NCBI GenBank assembly: GCA_963703315.1
Contig: OY969811.1
Coordinates: 640,001-704,000, forward strand
Origin: an uncultured cyanobacterium
GTDB lineage: Bacteria > Cyanobacteriota > Cyanobacteriia > Pseudanabaenales > Pseudanabaenaceae
Length of the DNA stretch: 64,000 nt
Direction of reading: 5' to 3'
Both the position numbers and the translations under genes were made by a program. The notes under the pieces were generated by a model, which was not told the DNA's origin, did not search any database, and saw only the letters and a program-made list of their open reading frames with translations. Shown piece by piece: positions 1-10,402 of this stretch (position 1 is the first letter of the stretch; every line of letters begins with the position of its first letter).

Positions 1-407
1 CCTTCAAGCAACTGATTGGTTAATCTGGTGAATCGACTAGAGAACTTTTTTCTTTTGTTTAAATTTTTATAAAGAGAAACTAAATGTGGATTGTTGGCTG
101 GCAATTTCGAGGTTTTATCAAAACGTGTAAATACAACAAAGACTTCGTTAGCAAATACAGGATTAAATCTATCAGCGATCGCATTTAAAAAGCTATCACT
201 AATTTCATCTAGTAGTCCTTTATGGATCGCTGCCCAATTACAATTATCAGGAAGATCTTTATAGGAGTTAGTATATTTGTAAGTATATATATGACTAAAT
301 TTTTCCCAAAAAATATTGGGAGCAAAGATAAACTCTTCTGATTGACAATGGTTATTCAAAAAATTAACAGTATCCGTCCAGTAGCAATCATGTTCAGGAA
401 AGGACAT
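1..407 (-). CDS. Partial CDS running off the left edge; hypothetical protein, probably part of a polysaccharide/glycosylation cluster
   Basis: Hand-translated from ATG at 407 (MSFPEHDCYWTDTVNFL...FNPVFANEVFVVF...); frame stays open to the window edge; co-oriented downstream of a GT4 gene; AT-rich. Confidence 0.6.
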   Translation of the reverse strand, partial: MSFPEHDCYWTDTVNFLNNHCQSEEFIFAPNIFWEKFSHIYTYKYTNSYKDLPDNCNWAAIHKGLLDEISDSFLNAIADRFNPVFANEVFVVFTRFDKTSKLPANNPHLVSLYKNLNKRKKFSSRFTRLTNQLLE

Positions 408-454
408 ATATTTAAATTGTAAAGCTTAGCTTTGATAGTTGTTTTCAGATAATT

Positions 455-1807
455 TTAAAGCAATTGAGAGTAAACACTCCAAATATCTTTGCTAAAACGC
501 TCTAAGTTAAATTGTCTAGCTTGATTGATTCCAGAGTCGATTAGTTGATTTCTTAAAGTTTGATCATTCATCATTTTTTCCATTTTATCCTGTAATGAGT
601 TAACGTCATAGGGATCAAAGTAAAGAGCAGATTCACCGCAAACCTCAGGCAAGGAAGAACTATTAGTGCTAATTACGGGACATCCCCAACTCATTGCTTC
701 TAAAGGGGGAAGTCCAAATCCTTCATAGAGAGAAGGGAAAACTAGGCTAAAAGCTCCTTGATAAAGATATGGCAACTCTTTGTCTTTTACAAAGTCTAAT
801 ATCTTCACCCGCTTTTTCCATGCAGTTCCAAACATACTTTCTAATAAAGCGATATCTTTTGCTGACTGCCATCCAAACTTGCCAACAATCACTAAATTAA
901 AAGATGTATCCAAGGTAAAAAATGCTCGGAGTAACAGGCTAAGATTTTTACGTGGTTCAATTGTACCAACAAATAGAAAGTACTCTTTTGGTTTGATTCT
1001 ATATCGGCGTAAAACCTTTTTTAAAGCTTCTTGATCTAATATTTTAGGCATTTTGTTTTCACCTTCATGCTGACTGCAAGTCAAAGGAGTGGCAGCCGTA
1101 GGCAAATAGGCAACGCGTATCCTTTCAGGTTCAATGTCAAAAAATTCAAGTATATCTTGGCGAGATCTTTCCGAGGGCGTAGTTACTAGAGGTTTATCTT
1201 TAAGAATTGTTTTGAGATTGCGATAATATTCCTTCTTCCGATCCGCAGTTAGATAAGGTAACTTGAGAGGAATTAGATCATGAAGAGTAATCACCTCTCC
1301 TTGAGAATGAGTTAAAGGAACTTTCACGGGTAAGAGTGGATAAGTGCGATGCCAAATATCAATCGGGATATCACAACGAATCGTTGTTTGTTGGCGGGTT
1401 ATTTCATAGAGTAGTCGAGAGATATCATAAACTCCTTCTAGATTTAGCACTTGATTTGACTTTAGCAAATCCTGAAATGGCGAATCATTGAGAATTACCC
1501 TACCTGAGAATGGCATAATCTGTGGCGATCGCCATAAAGTATTAGCACCAAACTTGGCGAGTTTATAAGTACTTTTAAGCCAGTCAGTTAGAGAAGATCC
1601 ACTATTCAATCTATCTTGCCCCAAATAGATAGATTCAGCGTATAAAATCTCGGCTATCTTGGCATCACCGTTATCTCTAAGACTTGTGAGTAGTAAAGGT
1701 TTTAGCTTTAGTAATTGTAATGCCTTGATCAGGGTAAGGGTATAGGTCTTAATGCCAGTTCCATTTGGCATTTGTACGTTATAGCCATCTATCAAAACAT
1801 TGATCAT
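455..1807 (-). CDS. Glycosyltransferase family 4 (GT-B)
   Basis: [11 protein letters not shown] and [16 protein letters not shown] motifs. Confidence 0.9.
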   Translation of the reverse strand: MINVLIDGYNVQMPNGTGIKTYTLTLIKALQLLKLKPLLLTSLRDNGDAKIAEILYAESIYLGQDRLNSGSSLTDWLKSTYKLAKFGANTLWRSPQIMPFSGRVILNDSPFQDLLKSNQVLNLEGVYDISRLLYEITRQQTTIRCDIPIDIWHRTYPLLPVKVPLTHSQGEVITLHDLIPLKLPYLTADRKKEYYRNLKTILKDKPLVTTPSERSRQDILEFFDIEPERIRVAYLPTAATPLTCSQHEGENKMPKILDQEALKKVLRRYRIKPKEYFLFVGTIEPRKNLSLLLRAFFTLDTSFNLVIVGKFGWQSAKDIALLESMFGTAWKKRVKILDFVKDKELPYLYQGAFSLVFPSLYEGFGLPPLEAMSWGCPVISTNSSSLPEVCGESALYFDPYDVNSLQDKMEKMMNDQTLRNQLIDSGINQARQFNLERFSKDIWSVYSQLL

Positions 1808-1880
1808 TCTTAACTTGATTACTCTAATTGTTGTTAATTATACCAGTTCTTCTTGATCTTACTGTATTTCTCAACAGATT

Positions 1881-1978
1881 TAATACCACATCTGATTTAG
1901 ATAGTTTAGATTAGCGAAGCGAATCACTACTAATCTAAACTATCTTTTTTACGATCTGTTTAAATCGGAATTGGTATA
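1881..1978. repeat. Palindromic MITE-like element, family E (TA-ATACCA...TTGGTA-TA)
   Basis: Ends shared with 51085-51158; internal IR agatagtttagattag / ctaatctaaactatct. Confidence 0.5.
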
Positions 1979-2075
1979 ACATTTATATTTTATCCAGATT
2001 CAGCGATCGCCCAATCTTAAAATCTACGCAAAACAATTCATCAGAATGGTAATTTATCCTGAGGTTCAATGACAT

Positions 2076-2169
2076 TAAGTAGCTAAGACCCAAAACCAGA
2101 GCTTGTGCTGCCCACGTAGCGGACGGCACAAGCTTGTATGTTTTAAGGTTACTTATGCTTAGCTACTTA
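2076..2169. mobile_element. Palindromic MITE-like element, family A (TA-AGTAGCT...AGCTACT-TA)
   Basis: Terminal IRs; closely similar to 12124-12227; central imperfect hairpin. Confidence 0.75.
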
Positions 2170-2250
2170 TGTGATGTGATAGATTTAGTGCAAGTGTTGC
2201 AAATCGAAATTCAATATCCAACTAGATGATCTAACTCAGGAGTATTAGCA

Positions 2251-2619
2251 ATGAATCCATTTGGTGGCATCGTCCAAAAAGCATTTTATCTAGGTCTAGG
2301 CTTGGCAACTGTTGCAGGGGAAAAAGCAGGAGAAACCCTCGGCGAACTTCGTACTCAAGCTAGTAAATTAGCTGACGAATTAGTCGAACGTGGCGAAATG
2401 ACTACTGAAGAAGCCCGAAAATTTGTGGATGACCTTGTGCGTAATTCTCAGAAACCCATTGGCGAAAGCTCACCAAATCCTAGTGGTAAAGATACCCCTC
2501 GCACAATCTCAATCGATGATGAGGAAGATGATAGTTCTAATCAGACTGTAGGTGATGTAGATTCTCTAAAAAGAAAAGTTCAAGCGTTACAGGATGAACT
2601 AAAAAAGTTGCAGAAATAG
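2251..2619 (+). CDS. Phasin-like/granule-associated small protein
   Basis: KAFYLGLGLA...LADELVERGEMTTEEARKFVDDL pattern; AGGAG RBS upstream. Confidence 0.7.
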   Translation: MNPFGGIVQKAFYLGLGLATVAGEKAGETLGELRTQASKLADELVERGEMTTEEARKFVDDLVRNSQKPIGESSPNPSGKDTPRTISIDDEEDDSSNQTVGDVDSLKRKVQALQDELKKLQK

Positions 2620-2827
2620 AAAGATTCTGGATTGGGTTCTCGAAATAACTAGATAGTGACGATAAATCTCAATAGATGAATTGTGAAGGTGAAAGAAAGG
2701 AATAAATCTCATGCTATACGTGATGTGCAACTAAGAATTAGGAATCAACCAAAGCATCAAATGCTTTTGAATATGACAACAGATTTCATAGTCAAACCAT
2801 AGTCAAAAACAAGCTAAAAGTGTCCAA

Positions 2828-2871
2828 AAGTAACTTACACCGTGTAAGTGGCTACACGGTGTAAGTTACTT
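2828..2871. repeat. Perfect inverted repeat, 19-bp arms
   Basis: aagtaacttacaccgtgta-agtggc-tacacggtgtaagttactt. Confidence 0.85.
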
Positions 2872-3051
2872 GTAGTGGCTTGTTTTAGTTATCCAAGGTG
2901 TCGGAATCGAACCGACATATCAACGATTATGAGTCGTTTGCTTTACCAGTCAGCCAACCTTGGGCATATTGTGATTATAGCCGTAAGTATTATATGCTAT
3001 CAGGCAAGCTACCTTGTAGGTTGCCAAAAAGAAATTTAGCTAAATAAGTTC

Positions 3052-3807
3052 GTGATGGCAGCAACCCGATCAGAAAAGCGTCTCCGCAAGAAAAAAAAGC
3101 CACCTCAGCGATTTCGGCTAAGTTACAGTGTGTTACTACTATTGACGATGGTAGTTGTAGGTTTAGTTTCTGGAGTGGTAGCCTATCGCTTTGGCAAACA
3201 ATCATTGGAGGGGGTTAACCCGTCACCTGCGGGGATCAAGTTGCCTAAGGCTAGTCCTGCGGCTAAGCCCAAGGATTCACCAAAACCAGCTAATCAAAAG
3301 CAAAACGATGGGAAAACTTCATTTTGGCTAGATGAAGCTGAGGTAATTGCAGAAATGAAAGCCCGATCGCAGCAAGAGTTAGGGGGACTGAAGCGCCCAG
3401 TGGCGATCGCCAAAGCAAATATTAGCGATCGCAAAAAAATTTACACCAGAGTTGATCGTGCCTATAACTCTATGCGCGATCCTCTAGCAATTTCCGCAGA
3501 TGCTGACGAAAGAATTGCGGCTAGAATTGCCGCCTTGCGTCAGAGAGTGTATATCAGTAGTCGAGCTTATGATCAGAACTCTGATAAGGCTGTAGCAAAT
3601 CAGGCTAGCGATCGCTTACCTTTATTGTCTACCCCTGTAGATTTACCTCCTATTCGCAGTCGGTGGGAAGATCGGGATGCAAGTTTAGTTAATTCTCGCA
3701 AAGTGAATAACACCGATAGTACCGATATAAAAGTATCCCCGAAAGCAACAAGTGACTTTTTTATTACCGATCAGCAACCTAGTGCCGTTGAAGTAAATCG
3801 ACGTTGA
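3052..3807 (+). CDS. Hypothetical single-pass membrane protein
   Basis: Basic N-terminus, one hydrophobic helix, 251-aa ORF. Confidence 0.7.
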   Translation: MMAATRSEKRLRKKKKPPQRFRLSYSVLLLLTMVVVGLVSGVVAYRFGKQSLEGVNPSPAGIKLPKASPAAKPKDSPKPANQKQNDGKTSFWLDEAEVIAEMKARSQQELGGLKRPVAIAKANISDRKKIYTRVDRAYNSMRDPLAISADADERIAARIAALRQRVYISSRAYDQNSDKAVANQASDRLPLLSTPVDLPPIRSRWEDRDASLVNSRKVNNTDSTDIKVSPKATSDFFITDQQPSAVEVNRR

Positions 3808-3897
3808 TATAGCCATAGCCAAGCAAGTTAAGACATAAAACCAAAAGAGAGTTGCGGCGCAAAGCGCCGCAACTCTCTTTTGGTTTTTGGTTATGTT
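3808..3897. mobile_element. Palindromic MITE-like element, family B (TA-TAGC...)
   Basis: aaaagagagttgcggcgc-aaa-gcgccgcaactctctttt; inverted near-copy of 36081-36167; lies between convergent genes. Confidence 0.75.
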
Positions 3898-5050
3898 AGG
3901 CAATCCTCGATTGACGATTAGATTGAAATGAAAATCTTTGAGGTGATAGGTTTCCAGTATTAATTGACTGTCTGATTAGCTCTGCCCTTTCACGAGATTT
4001 AGTCATTGCATTCACACCACCATAGGTTTCGCGCAGGGTTAAATAATTTTGAATAATTAAGTTTTCGTTATCAATAGAGCTTTGGGCAATTTGAGCAGGA
4101 GTCAGACGCGATCGCGCGATCGCATCGGCAACACAGCCAATTACATGACTAGGACGATTGACGTGATGGTCGAGGAGTAGCGCTACGGCAAATTCGGAAC
4201 TAATCAGTTGTGAGAGGGAAAATCCTTGCAGAGTTTGGGAAGCAGTAAAATAAAAGCGATCTAGTCGGGAAATCGCATGGAGAACTTGGATCGACTGTAC
4301 TAGCGCATCCATACCTGCGATCGCAAACCTTAAAGCCCAAATTGGCTGACGCATCAAGTTTTTATCAGCTTCAGTAACAAGGCGTGTGCCATTGAGAGAG
4401 AGCCAACCTGTAACGCCATCTAAGGATGTCGCATCTACACCAAACTGTCCAAAATAATATTGAAACTCCGAGGGATTTCGCCTTTTTAAATTGGTGAGCA
4501 AAGCTGGTAATTCTCCCTGTTGCCCTGCTGATCCTAGTGTCCATTGAAATATGCCAAAACTTAAATATTGATTGTCCCAAGTATTAATCGCATCAAGACT
4601 GCCTTCATTGGCAGCAGTCACCAGCATGACATTTATTTCTGAGCGACTCATCTGTAAACTTTGCAATAACCCTGAGCCATAGGTAATAAAGTCACGGAGT
4701 TTAAAAATTCCTAATCGATACAAACCGAGATTGCGAGCTTTAGCAAAGGGTTCTTGCTGACCTGTATTTAATAACTTGGCAATTACATCATTGCCAACAG
4801 TAGTAAAGGAAATCGCAACTTTATTGGGAGGATAAATTGCTTGTAAGGTATTCCGTACCATCGCCACTTCAGGATGTTGGGTAGGGGGAGTTGCGGCGAT
4901 CGGAATTAGCAAGCGTTGACCTACCTGCAAACTGGCAGGATTAGTAATGTTATTAATCCGCGCAATCTCGCTCCAACTCGCATTTGCGCCAAAAAAACGC
5001 CTAGCGATCGCCGAGAGAGTATCTCCAGCCTTGACGATATATTCCTGCAT
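3896..5050 (-). CDS. LysM peptidoglycan-binding domain protein with an uncharacterised (possibly muramidase-like) C-terminal domain
   Basis: YIVKAGDTLSAIARRF...INNITNPASLQVGQRLLIP is a LysM; C-terminal NEG..DAINTWD..LSFGIFQW. Confidence 0.8.
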   Translation of the reverse strand: MQEYIVKAGDTLSAIARRFFGANASWSEIARINNITNPASLQVGQRLLIPIAATPPTQHPEVAMVRNTLQAIYPPNKVAISFTTVGNDVIAKLLNTGQQEPFAKARNLGLYRLGIFKLRDFITYGSGLLQSLQMSRSEINVMLVTAANEGSLDAINTWDNQYLSFGIFQWTLGSAGQQGELPALLTNLKRRNPSEFQYYFGQFGVDATSLDGVTGWLSLNGTRLVTEADKNLMRQPIWALRFAIAGMDALVQSIQVLHAISRLDRFYFTASQTLQGFSLSQLISSEFAVALLLDHHVNRPSHVIGCVADAIARSRLTPAQIAQSSIDNENLIIQNYLTLRETYGGVNAMTKSRERAELIRQSINTGNLSPQRFSFQSNRQSRIA

Positions 5051-5106
5051 AGCTCTGTCTCACTAAGTTATTCATAATTGAGAGAGCGTAAAGCATTCTC
5101 AATCAT

Positions 5107-5784
5107 CTACAAGTTGAACGTCTCAAACTCTACTGGTTTGAATAGCATATTGCGATCAATCGCTGACAAAATTTTATTATTTGCTTTATCAGAATTTAAG
5201 CAATTAATCACAAGTTGCGCCACATCCGCACGATGAATAATACCTGAAATAGTGGGATCTTCTGTCAGTAAGGCGTTCCCTGTTGCTAGCTCCGACTTTA
5301 ATCCTCCTGGGCGAATAATCGTATAGGTTAAGCCACTAGCGACAAGATGCTGTTCGGCTTTTTCCTTTTCCTTGAGAATTGCGCCTAAAGTCTCTAAAAC
5401 TTGCGGTGCGAGTGCCACAACACTTTTACCACTGCCAATCGATGACACCAGAATAAATTTCTGGACTCCTGCTTGCACCGCCAGATCAATTAAGTTCTTG
5501 TTACCTACACAGTCAGCGCGATCGCCTTGATCATTTGGCAAACCACCCATTGTCGTGATTACTGCATTGATTGCACCCACCTGTGCGATCGCCGCCTCAA
5601 GCTCCGCAAAATTTAGTGCATCACCAATCACCACCTTTGCCCCCAGAGCCTCTAGCTCAACAGTATAGGTAGGATTGCGGAGTAATACGGTGAGATTTAC
5701 AGATGCAGGTTCATCTTTTAGTAAAAGCTTGGCAATTGCCCGCCCTACACCACGACTAGAACCAGCTAGAAATATATTTTGCAT
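5107..5784 (-). CDS. Atypical SDR / NAD(P)H-binding oxidoreductase
   Basis: IFLAGSSRGVG Rossmann motif; YTIIRPGGL; IHRADVA. Confidence 0.85.
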   Translation of the reverse strand: MQNIFLAGSSRGVGRAIAKLLLKDEPASVNLTVLLRNPTYTVELEALGAKVVIGDALNFAELEAAIAQVGAINAVITTMGGLPNDQGDRADCVGNKNLIDLAVQAGVQKFILVSSIGSGKSVVALAPQVLETLGAILKEKEKAEQHLVASGLTYTIIRPGGLKSELATGNALLTEDPTISGIIHRADVAQLVINCLNSDKANNKILSAIDRNMLFKPVEFETFNL

Positions 5785-5852
5785 ATATTTACACAAACTT
5801 TTTGGCTTACAAAGAGAATGGTGGCGCGAAGCGCCACCATTCTCTTTGGGAT

Positions 5853-6701
5853 TTAAACTTTTGAGCGATCGGTAAAAATTTCATAGCCAGTCTCAGTTAC
5901 TAGAACTGTATGCTCAAACTGGGCTGAAAGTTGATTATCCACAGTTACGGCAGTCCACTTATCCGCCAAGACTCTGACCCGCTTTGTACCAGCATTTAAG
6001 ATTGGCTCGATCGCCAAAGTCATCCCTGGACGAAAACGAACATTGGGCAATTGGTGAGTACGGAAATTAAATACTGAAGGTTCCTCATGGAGATTGCGCC
6101 CCACCCCATGACCTGTAAAATCTTCGACAACCACAAAACCATTTGCTTTCACATGATCTTCGATCGCCCCAGCCAAATCGAGCATACAATTACCTGGTTT
6201 CACCTGCTCAATTCCCTTAAACAGAGCCTCTTCTGCAACCCGCATCAACTTAGCCGCTTTCTCGCTAATTGGACCAATACCTACCGTGATGCAAGAGTCG
6301 CCATGAAAACCATTTTTAAAAGCACCTGTATCAATTTTCACGATATCGCCTAACTTAATCACCTTCCTAGCATTAGGAATACCGTGAACAACCTCGTTAT
6401 TAATACTGGTACAGAGACTGGCGGGAAAGCCACAATATCCTTTAAAACTAGGAACAGCACCCATTTCCCGAATTCGTTTCTCGGCATAGGCATCAAGATC
6501 CATCGTCGTCATTCCAGGAGCAACGATCTGCGAAAGCTCCTTAAGTACAGTTGCCACAATCCGAGATGACTCACGCATATAGTCCAACTCACGCTGGGAC
6601 TTAATTTCAATGCCTTTAGTCTGCTTAGGTGGGGATTGCTTAGAAGCTTTTTGGCTTGCTGCGCTTGGTTGCTTAGATCGCAGAGCACTGAGAATATTCA
6701 T
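5853..6701 (-). CDS. map: Type I methionine aminopeptidase
   Basis: [21 protein letters not shown] and SAQFEHT motifs. Confidence 0.97.
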   Translation of the reverse strand: MNILSALRSKQPSAASQKASKQSPPKQTKGIEIKSQRELDYMRESSRIVATVLKELSQIVAPGMTTMDLDAYAEKRIREMGAVPSFKGYCGFPASLCTSINNEVVHGIPNARKVIKLGDIVKIDTGAFKNGFHGDSCITVGIGPISEKAAKLMRVAEEALFKGIEQVKPGNCMLDLAGAIEDHVKANGFVVVEDFTGHGVGRNLHEEPSVFNFRTHQLPNVRFRPGMTLAIEPILNAGTKRVRVLADKWTAVTVDNQLSAQFEHTVLVTETGYEIFTDRSKV

Positions 6702-6806
6702 TAATTATTTGAGGATAGTATTTACAAGGGCTAATATATTTTTAGCCTATGAGGTAACAGGATTGGTTACTTTTAGGTGAAATTACAGATTTTGATAAAA
6801 ATCTAT

Positions 6807-6927
6807 TAAGTAGGAAAGCTTAATTATTTGTAGGATGCGTTAGTGCAAAGTAACGCATCTATTGGGTAAAGATGATGGGTTACGCTATCGCTAACCCATC
6901 CTACATTTAATTCCCACAACCTACTTA
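6807..6927. mobile_element. Composite element: family-A-like ends (TA-AGTAGG...CCTACT-TA) around an inverted pair of GTAG-type REP-like hairpins
   Basis: gtaggatgcgttag..gtaacgcatc and gatgggttacg..ctaacccatcctac; inverted copy at 22414-22525. Confidence 0.7.
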
Positions 6928-6960
6928 GTAATCCCAACTGATTAAGAACGAGGTTCAACT

Positions 6961-8418
6961 TTGACACAATCTGGAATACCTCCCGTACCACCTAGCGGTG
7001 TGCCACCACAACTGCCCCGTAATCCTGCCGCGCCACCACCTGCAAACCAGCAACAACGTGTCGCTCCTCCTCCCAATCCTCAAGCACCTCCCAATCCTCA
7101 AGCTGGTCAAGCTCGTAGCGCTGCTCCCAATCCTGCCCAGCAAGCCCAACAACAAGCGCAATTACAGCAGCAACAACTGCAAGCGCAACAGGCTCGTGCT
7201 GCTGCTGCTGCCCGTCAAGCACAGATGGCAATTCCCACAGATACGCAGGTAACGAGTGTCCCGCCGCCACCAAACCCTCGTCCACCCATCCGTCCAGGTC
7301 CACCTCCAAACTTACCGGGGTTAGGCGTGCCAGCGCTCTTGCAGCGTAGTACAGGACAACCCACCCTCGCGCAGATTGTCAAAGATGCCCATGAACAAGG
7401 ATGTTCAGATATCCATGCTGGGGTAAATGAACCAGTGCGATTTCGGAGTCGTGGCTTAATGGTGACACAGGAGCAGTATCCCGTTCCCGATAAGCAGACC
7501 TTTGAGACTTGGTTAACGGAAATTATGGATGATAAACAAATCCAGCAATTTCGCGACACCTTAGAGTTTGACGGTGCGACTCAATACGAATTTGCCCGTT
7601 GTCGGATCAATGTTTTTGATTCGTTACGGGGACCTGCAATGGTGTTACGACTGATCCCTCTGAAGATTTTGTCGATCGATCAGCTTGGTTTGCCAGAGGT
7701 GTTCCGTGAGCTTTGTTATACCCACAAAGGTTTAATTTTGGTAACGGGTCCAACGGGTTCAGGGAAATCGACGACTTTGGCGGCGATGGTGGACTTCATT
7801 AATACGGAAATGCAGAAGCATCTCATTTCCATTGAAGACCCGATTGAATTTGTGCATCAAAGTAAAAAAGCATTGATCAAACAACGGGAAGTTGGTATCC
7901 ACACCCTCAAGTTTGATAATGCGCTAAAAGCCTGTTTACGTGAAGATCCTGACATCATCCTCATTGGGGAAATGCGGGATAAAGAAACAGTGAATACGGC
8001 ACTCAAAGCTGCTCAAACAGGTCACTTAGTCTTCGGAACTCTCCACACTAACAGTGCTGTCAAAACGATTGAACGGATTCTCAATCTCTATGAACCTGAA
8101 CAACAAGGACCAATGCGGATTCAAGTTTCTGAATCTTTAGTAGGTGTTATTGCTCAGGGCTTGGTGCGAACTACTGATGGTAAACGGGCGGCGGTTCATG
8201 AAATCATGATCAATACCGATGCGGTGCGTGACTATATCAAACGTGGTGAAATTGATGAGATTGAGGCACTGATTCCAAAATGTACTTATGAGGGCATGGT
8301 CAATATGAACCAATCTCTCTATAAGCTCTATGAAGATGGACGCATTACGGAAGAGACTGCTGTAGAGAACTCGCCAAAACCCAACGAAATGGCACAAATG
8401 CTACGTGGTCGTATGTAA
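6961..8418 (+). CDS. pilT: Type IV pilus retraction ATPase PilT with a P/Q-rich N-terminal extension
   Basis: GPTGSGKSTT, EDPIE, LREDPDIILIGEMRD, TGHLVFGTLHT; TTG start, exact start uncertain. Confidence 0.9.
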   Translation: MTQSGIPPVPPSGVPPQLPRNPAAPPPANQQQRVAPPPNPQAPPNPQAGQARSAAPNPAQQAQQQAQLQQQQLQAQQARAAAAARQAQMAIPTDTQVTSVPPPPNPRPPIRPGPPPNLPGLGVPALLQRSTGQPTLAQIVKDAHEQGCSDIHAGVNEPVRFRSRGLMVTQEQYPVPDKQTFETWLTEIMDDKQIQQFRDTLEFDGATQYEFARCRINVFDSLRGPAMVLRLIPLKILSIDQLGLPEVFRELCYTHKGLILVTGPTGSGKSTTLAAMVDFINTEMQKHLISIEDPIEFVHQSKKALIKQREVGIHTLKFDNALKACLREDPDIILIGEMRDKETVNTALKAAQTGHLVFGTLHTNSAVKTIERILNLYEPEQQGPMRIQVSESLVGVIAQGLVRTTDGKRAAVHEIMINTDAVRDYIKRGEIDEIEALIPKCTYEGMVNMNQSLYKLYEDGRITEETAVENSPKPNEMAQMLRGRM

Positions 8419-8422
8419 AACC

Positions 8423-8465
8423 ATATATTTTGAAACTTTTGCTATGCAAAAGTTTCAAAATATAT
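8423..8465. repeat. Perfect 20-bp-arm hairpin (possible terminator)
   Basis: atatattttgaaacttttgc-tat-gcaaaagtttcaaaatatat. Confidence 0.8.
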
Positions 8466-8498
8466 ATATTAAAAACCTATAATTATTGCAAAACTTTC

Positions 8499-9101
8499 AT
8501 GAATGCTTTAGAATTTTTCCAAAAAAGTGCGGGCAAATGGCGATCGCAACGGACTACCCATCACTTAGCGTTTCGCCGTGCCGAAAAAGGTGGATCGGAA
8601 ATTTACGTTAATCCTTTAAATGCTGATGATCCGAAGGTGATTGAAATCTGCCAAATGCATGAGGTTGAGCCAACTAGTGCGATCGGTGGAGCCTATGTCA
8701 AATGGGATGGCACGATGGCATGGGATAAGGAAGATGGCGAAACTCATTCAGGGGAAACCGTATTTGCTCTCGTACCAGATGAGGAGACGGAGCGTAAGGG
8801 CAGGCTATTGCGCGAACGTGGCTATGCAGAAATTATGCCTGTCATCGGACGTTATGAGATTGATGATGAAGAGGCGTTGGTTTTAATCACTGACTATCCA
8901 TCAATGAGTTCCTATGAGCGTTTCTGGTTCCCTGCGCCGAATGTGCGGATGCGGGCTAGCACTGTGCAGCGCTTTGGAGGATTTAGTCAGGCTACTTTCT
9001 GCACTGAGGAATTGATTGCAGAAGGTGATGATGCGGAAAATGCTGAGCCAGATCTTAGTTCGGTGACTCAACCAGCGATCGCCTCAGCTTTTGGTTGGTA
9101 A
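8499..9101 (+). CDS. cpcS: Phycobiliprotein lyase CpcS/CpeS
   Basis: EFFQKSAGKWRSQRTTHHL, LLRERGYAE, ERFWF..NVRMR motifs; start moved to ATG 8499. Confidence 0.9.
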   Translation: MNALEFFQKSAGKWRSQRTTHHLAFRRAEKGGSEIYVNPLNADDPKVIEICQMHEVEPTSAIGGAYVKWDGTMAWDKEDGETHSGETVFALVPDEETERKGRLLRERGYAEIMPVIGRYEIDDEEALVLITDYPSMSSYERFWFPAPNVRMRASTVQRFGGFSQATFCTEELIAEGDDAENAEPDLSSVTQPAIASAFGW

Positions 9102-9102
9102 T

Positions 9103-9140
9103 GCCCTCACCCCAACCCCTCTCCCGCAGGGAGAGGGGCT
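9103..9140. repeat. CCCTCACCCC..CCCTCTCCC-gca-GGGAGAGGGG REP-like hairpin
   Basis: Widespread bacterial intergenic palindrome; lies between convergent genes. Confidence 0.75.
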
Positions 9141-9144
9141 AGGA

Positions 9145-10326
9145 TTAGCGAAATGGTGGTGCGTACAATAAACCGCCATTTTTCCAGAGTTCATTTTGTC
9201 CGCGTGGTAGCTTGAAAGAACTATTTTGACCGAGGTTGCGATCGTAGATTTCGGCGTAATTACCTGTATGTTTGATCACTCGCGCTACAAAATCATTACT
9301 GATACCCATATCTTTACCTAAACTGCCTTCAACTCCTAAAAAGCGCCGAATTTCGGCATTATTGCTTTTTAGCTGGGTTGCTAAGTTAGTAGAGGAAATC
9401 TCTAAATCTTCAGCATTGATGGTGGCAAAGATAATCCATTTCGTAATATCTGACCATTGCGAATCGCCATCAAGTACCGCAGGGGCTAGTGGTTCTTTCG
9501 ACAACACAAAATCTAACACCAGATGGTTTTCAGGGTCGGAGAGTCTGGTACGACGCACTACTAAGGCGGAGCGATCGGCAGTGATGGCTTTACAACGTCC
9601 TGACTGATAGGCATTAAAGGTGGCATTTACATCTTCGTAAACCACTGGCTTATAGGCAAGATTACGCTTACGCATTTGATCGGCGAGATTCTGCTCAGTG
9701 GTTGTTCCTGTTTGAGCGCAAATATCGGCATCTTTGAGATCCTCGATCGCCTTAATATTGCTATCTTTGCGTACCATTAAGCCCTGCCCATCATAAAAAA
9801 CCACAGGCAGAAAGGCTAAGCGTGAAGTGGTATCTCGTCCTAATGTCCATGTCGTATTGCGGCTTAGTACATCAATTTCACCCGATTGCAAAGCGGTGAA
9901 GCGCTCTTTGGCATTGAGATTGCGAAACTGCACAGCATCAGGATTATCAAATAAGGCGGCGGCGATCGCTCGACAAACATCAACATCCAATCCCGAATAT
10001 TTGCCCTCTTTATTCACAAAGCTAAATCCCGGTAATTCGCCACTAACACCACAATTGAGCTTGCCACGAGCTAACACCGTTTTGAGGCGATCATTCCCAT
10101 TACTACTTGCCGTATTGCCAGTATTTGATTGATTTGGATTTGGTGCTGACTCACAAGCTGCTAGGGCAAATAAACATAAACTTGTTAGTAACAAAGCGAT
10201 CGCCCGTTGCCAGATTGGTCTACGAATTAGCCCATGAAGAAACTTTTTCCAAAAATACCAGAAACCTTGACTAGGCGATCGCTTTTGATAATGCATAAAT
10301 GTTTTTAGATGATTTTTTGAATGCAT
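9145..10326 (-). CDS. Amino-acid ABC transporter substrate-binding lipoprotein (AapJ/BztA/NatF type)
   Basis: LAAC lipobox; GLDVDVCRAIAAA; ERFTALQSGEIDVLSRNTTWT; GGLLYAPPFR end; start may be 10296. Confidence 0.9.
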   Translation of the reverse strand: MHSKNHLKTFMHYQKRSPSQGFWYFWKKFLHGLIRRPIWQRAIALLLTSLCLFALAACESAPNPNQSNTGNTASSNGNDRLKTVLARGKLNCGVSGELPGFSFVNKEGKYSGLDVDVCRAIAAALFDNPDAVQFRNLNAKERFTALQSGEIDVLSRNTTWTLGRDTTSRLAFLPVVFYDGQGLMVRKDSNIKAIEDLKDADICAQTGTTTEQNLADQMRKRNLAYKPVVYEDVNATFNAYQSGRCKAITADRSALVVRRTRLSDPENHLVLDFVLSKEPLAPAVLDGDSQWSDITKWIIFATINAEDLEISSTNLATQLKSNNAEIRRFLGVEGSLGKDMGISNDFVARVIKHTGNYAEIYDRNLGQNSSFKLPRGQNELWKNGGLLYAPPFR

Positions 10327-10350
10327 TATAGCGGCTTGTCCAAAAATCCA
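10313..10350 (+). repeat. Left half of a ~73-bp direct repeat (intact copy at 13129-13201)
   Basis: ttttttgaatgcattatagcggcttg is shared. Confidence 0.85.
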
Positions 10351-10402
10351 AGGATTATATCTAAAAAACTTTCATGAAACACTCTCAAAGTTCTATCTCT
10401 AT

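Noticed and set aside
2848..3205. Short ORFs 2848-3039 and 2990-3205
   Set aside because: No motifs; one starts inside a palindrome and the other overlaps a better ORF
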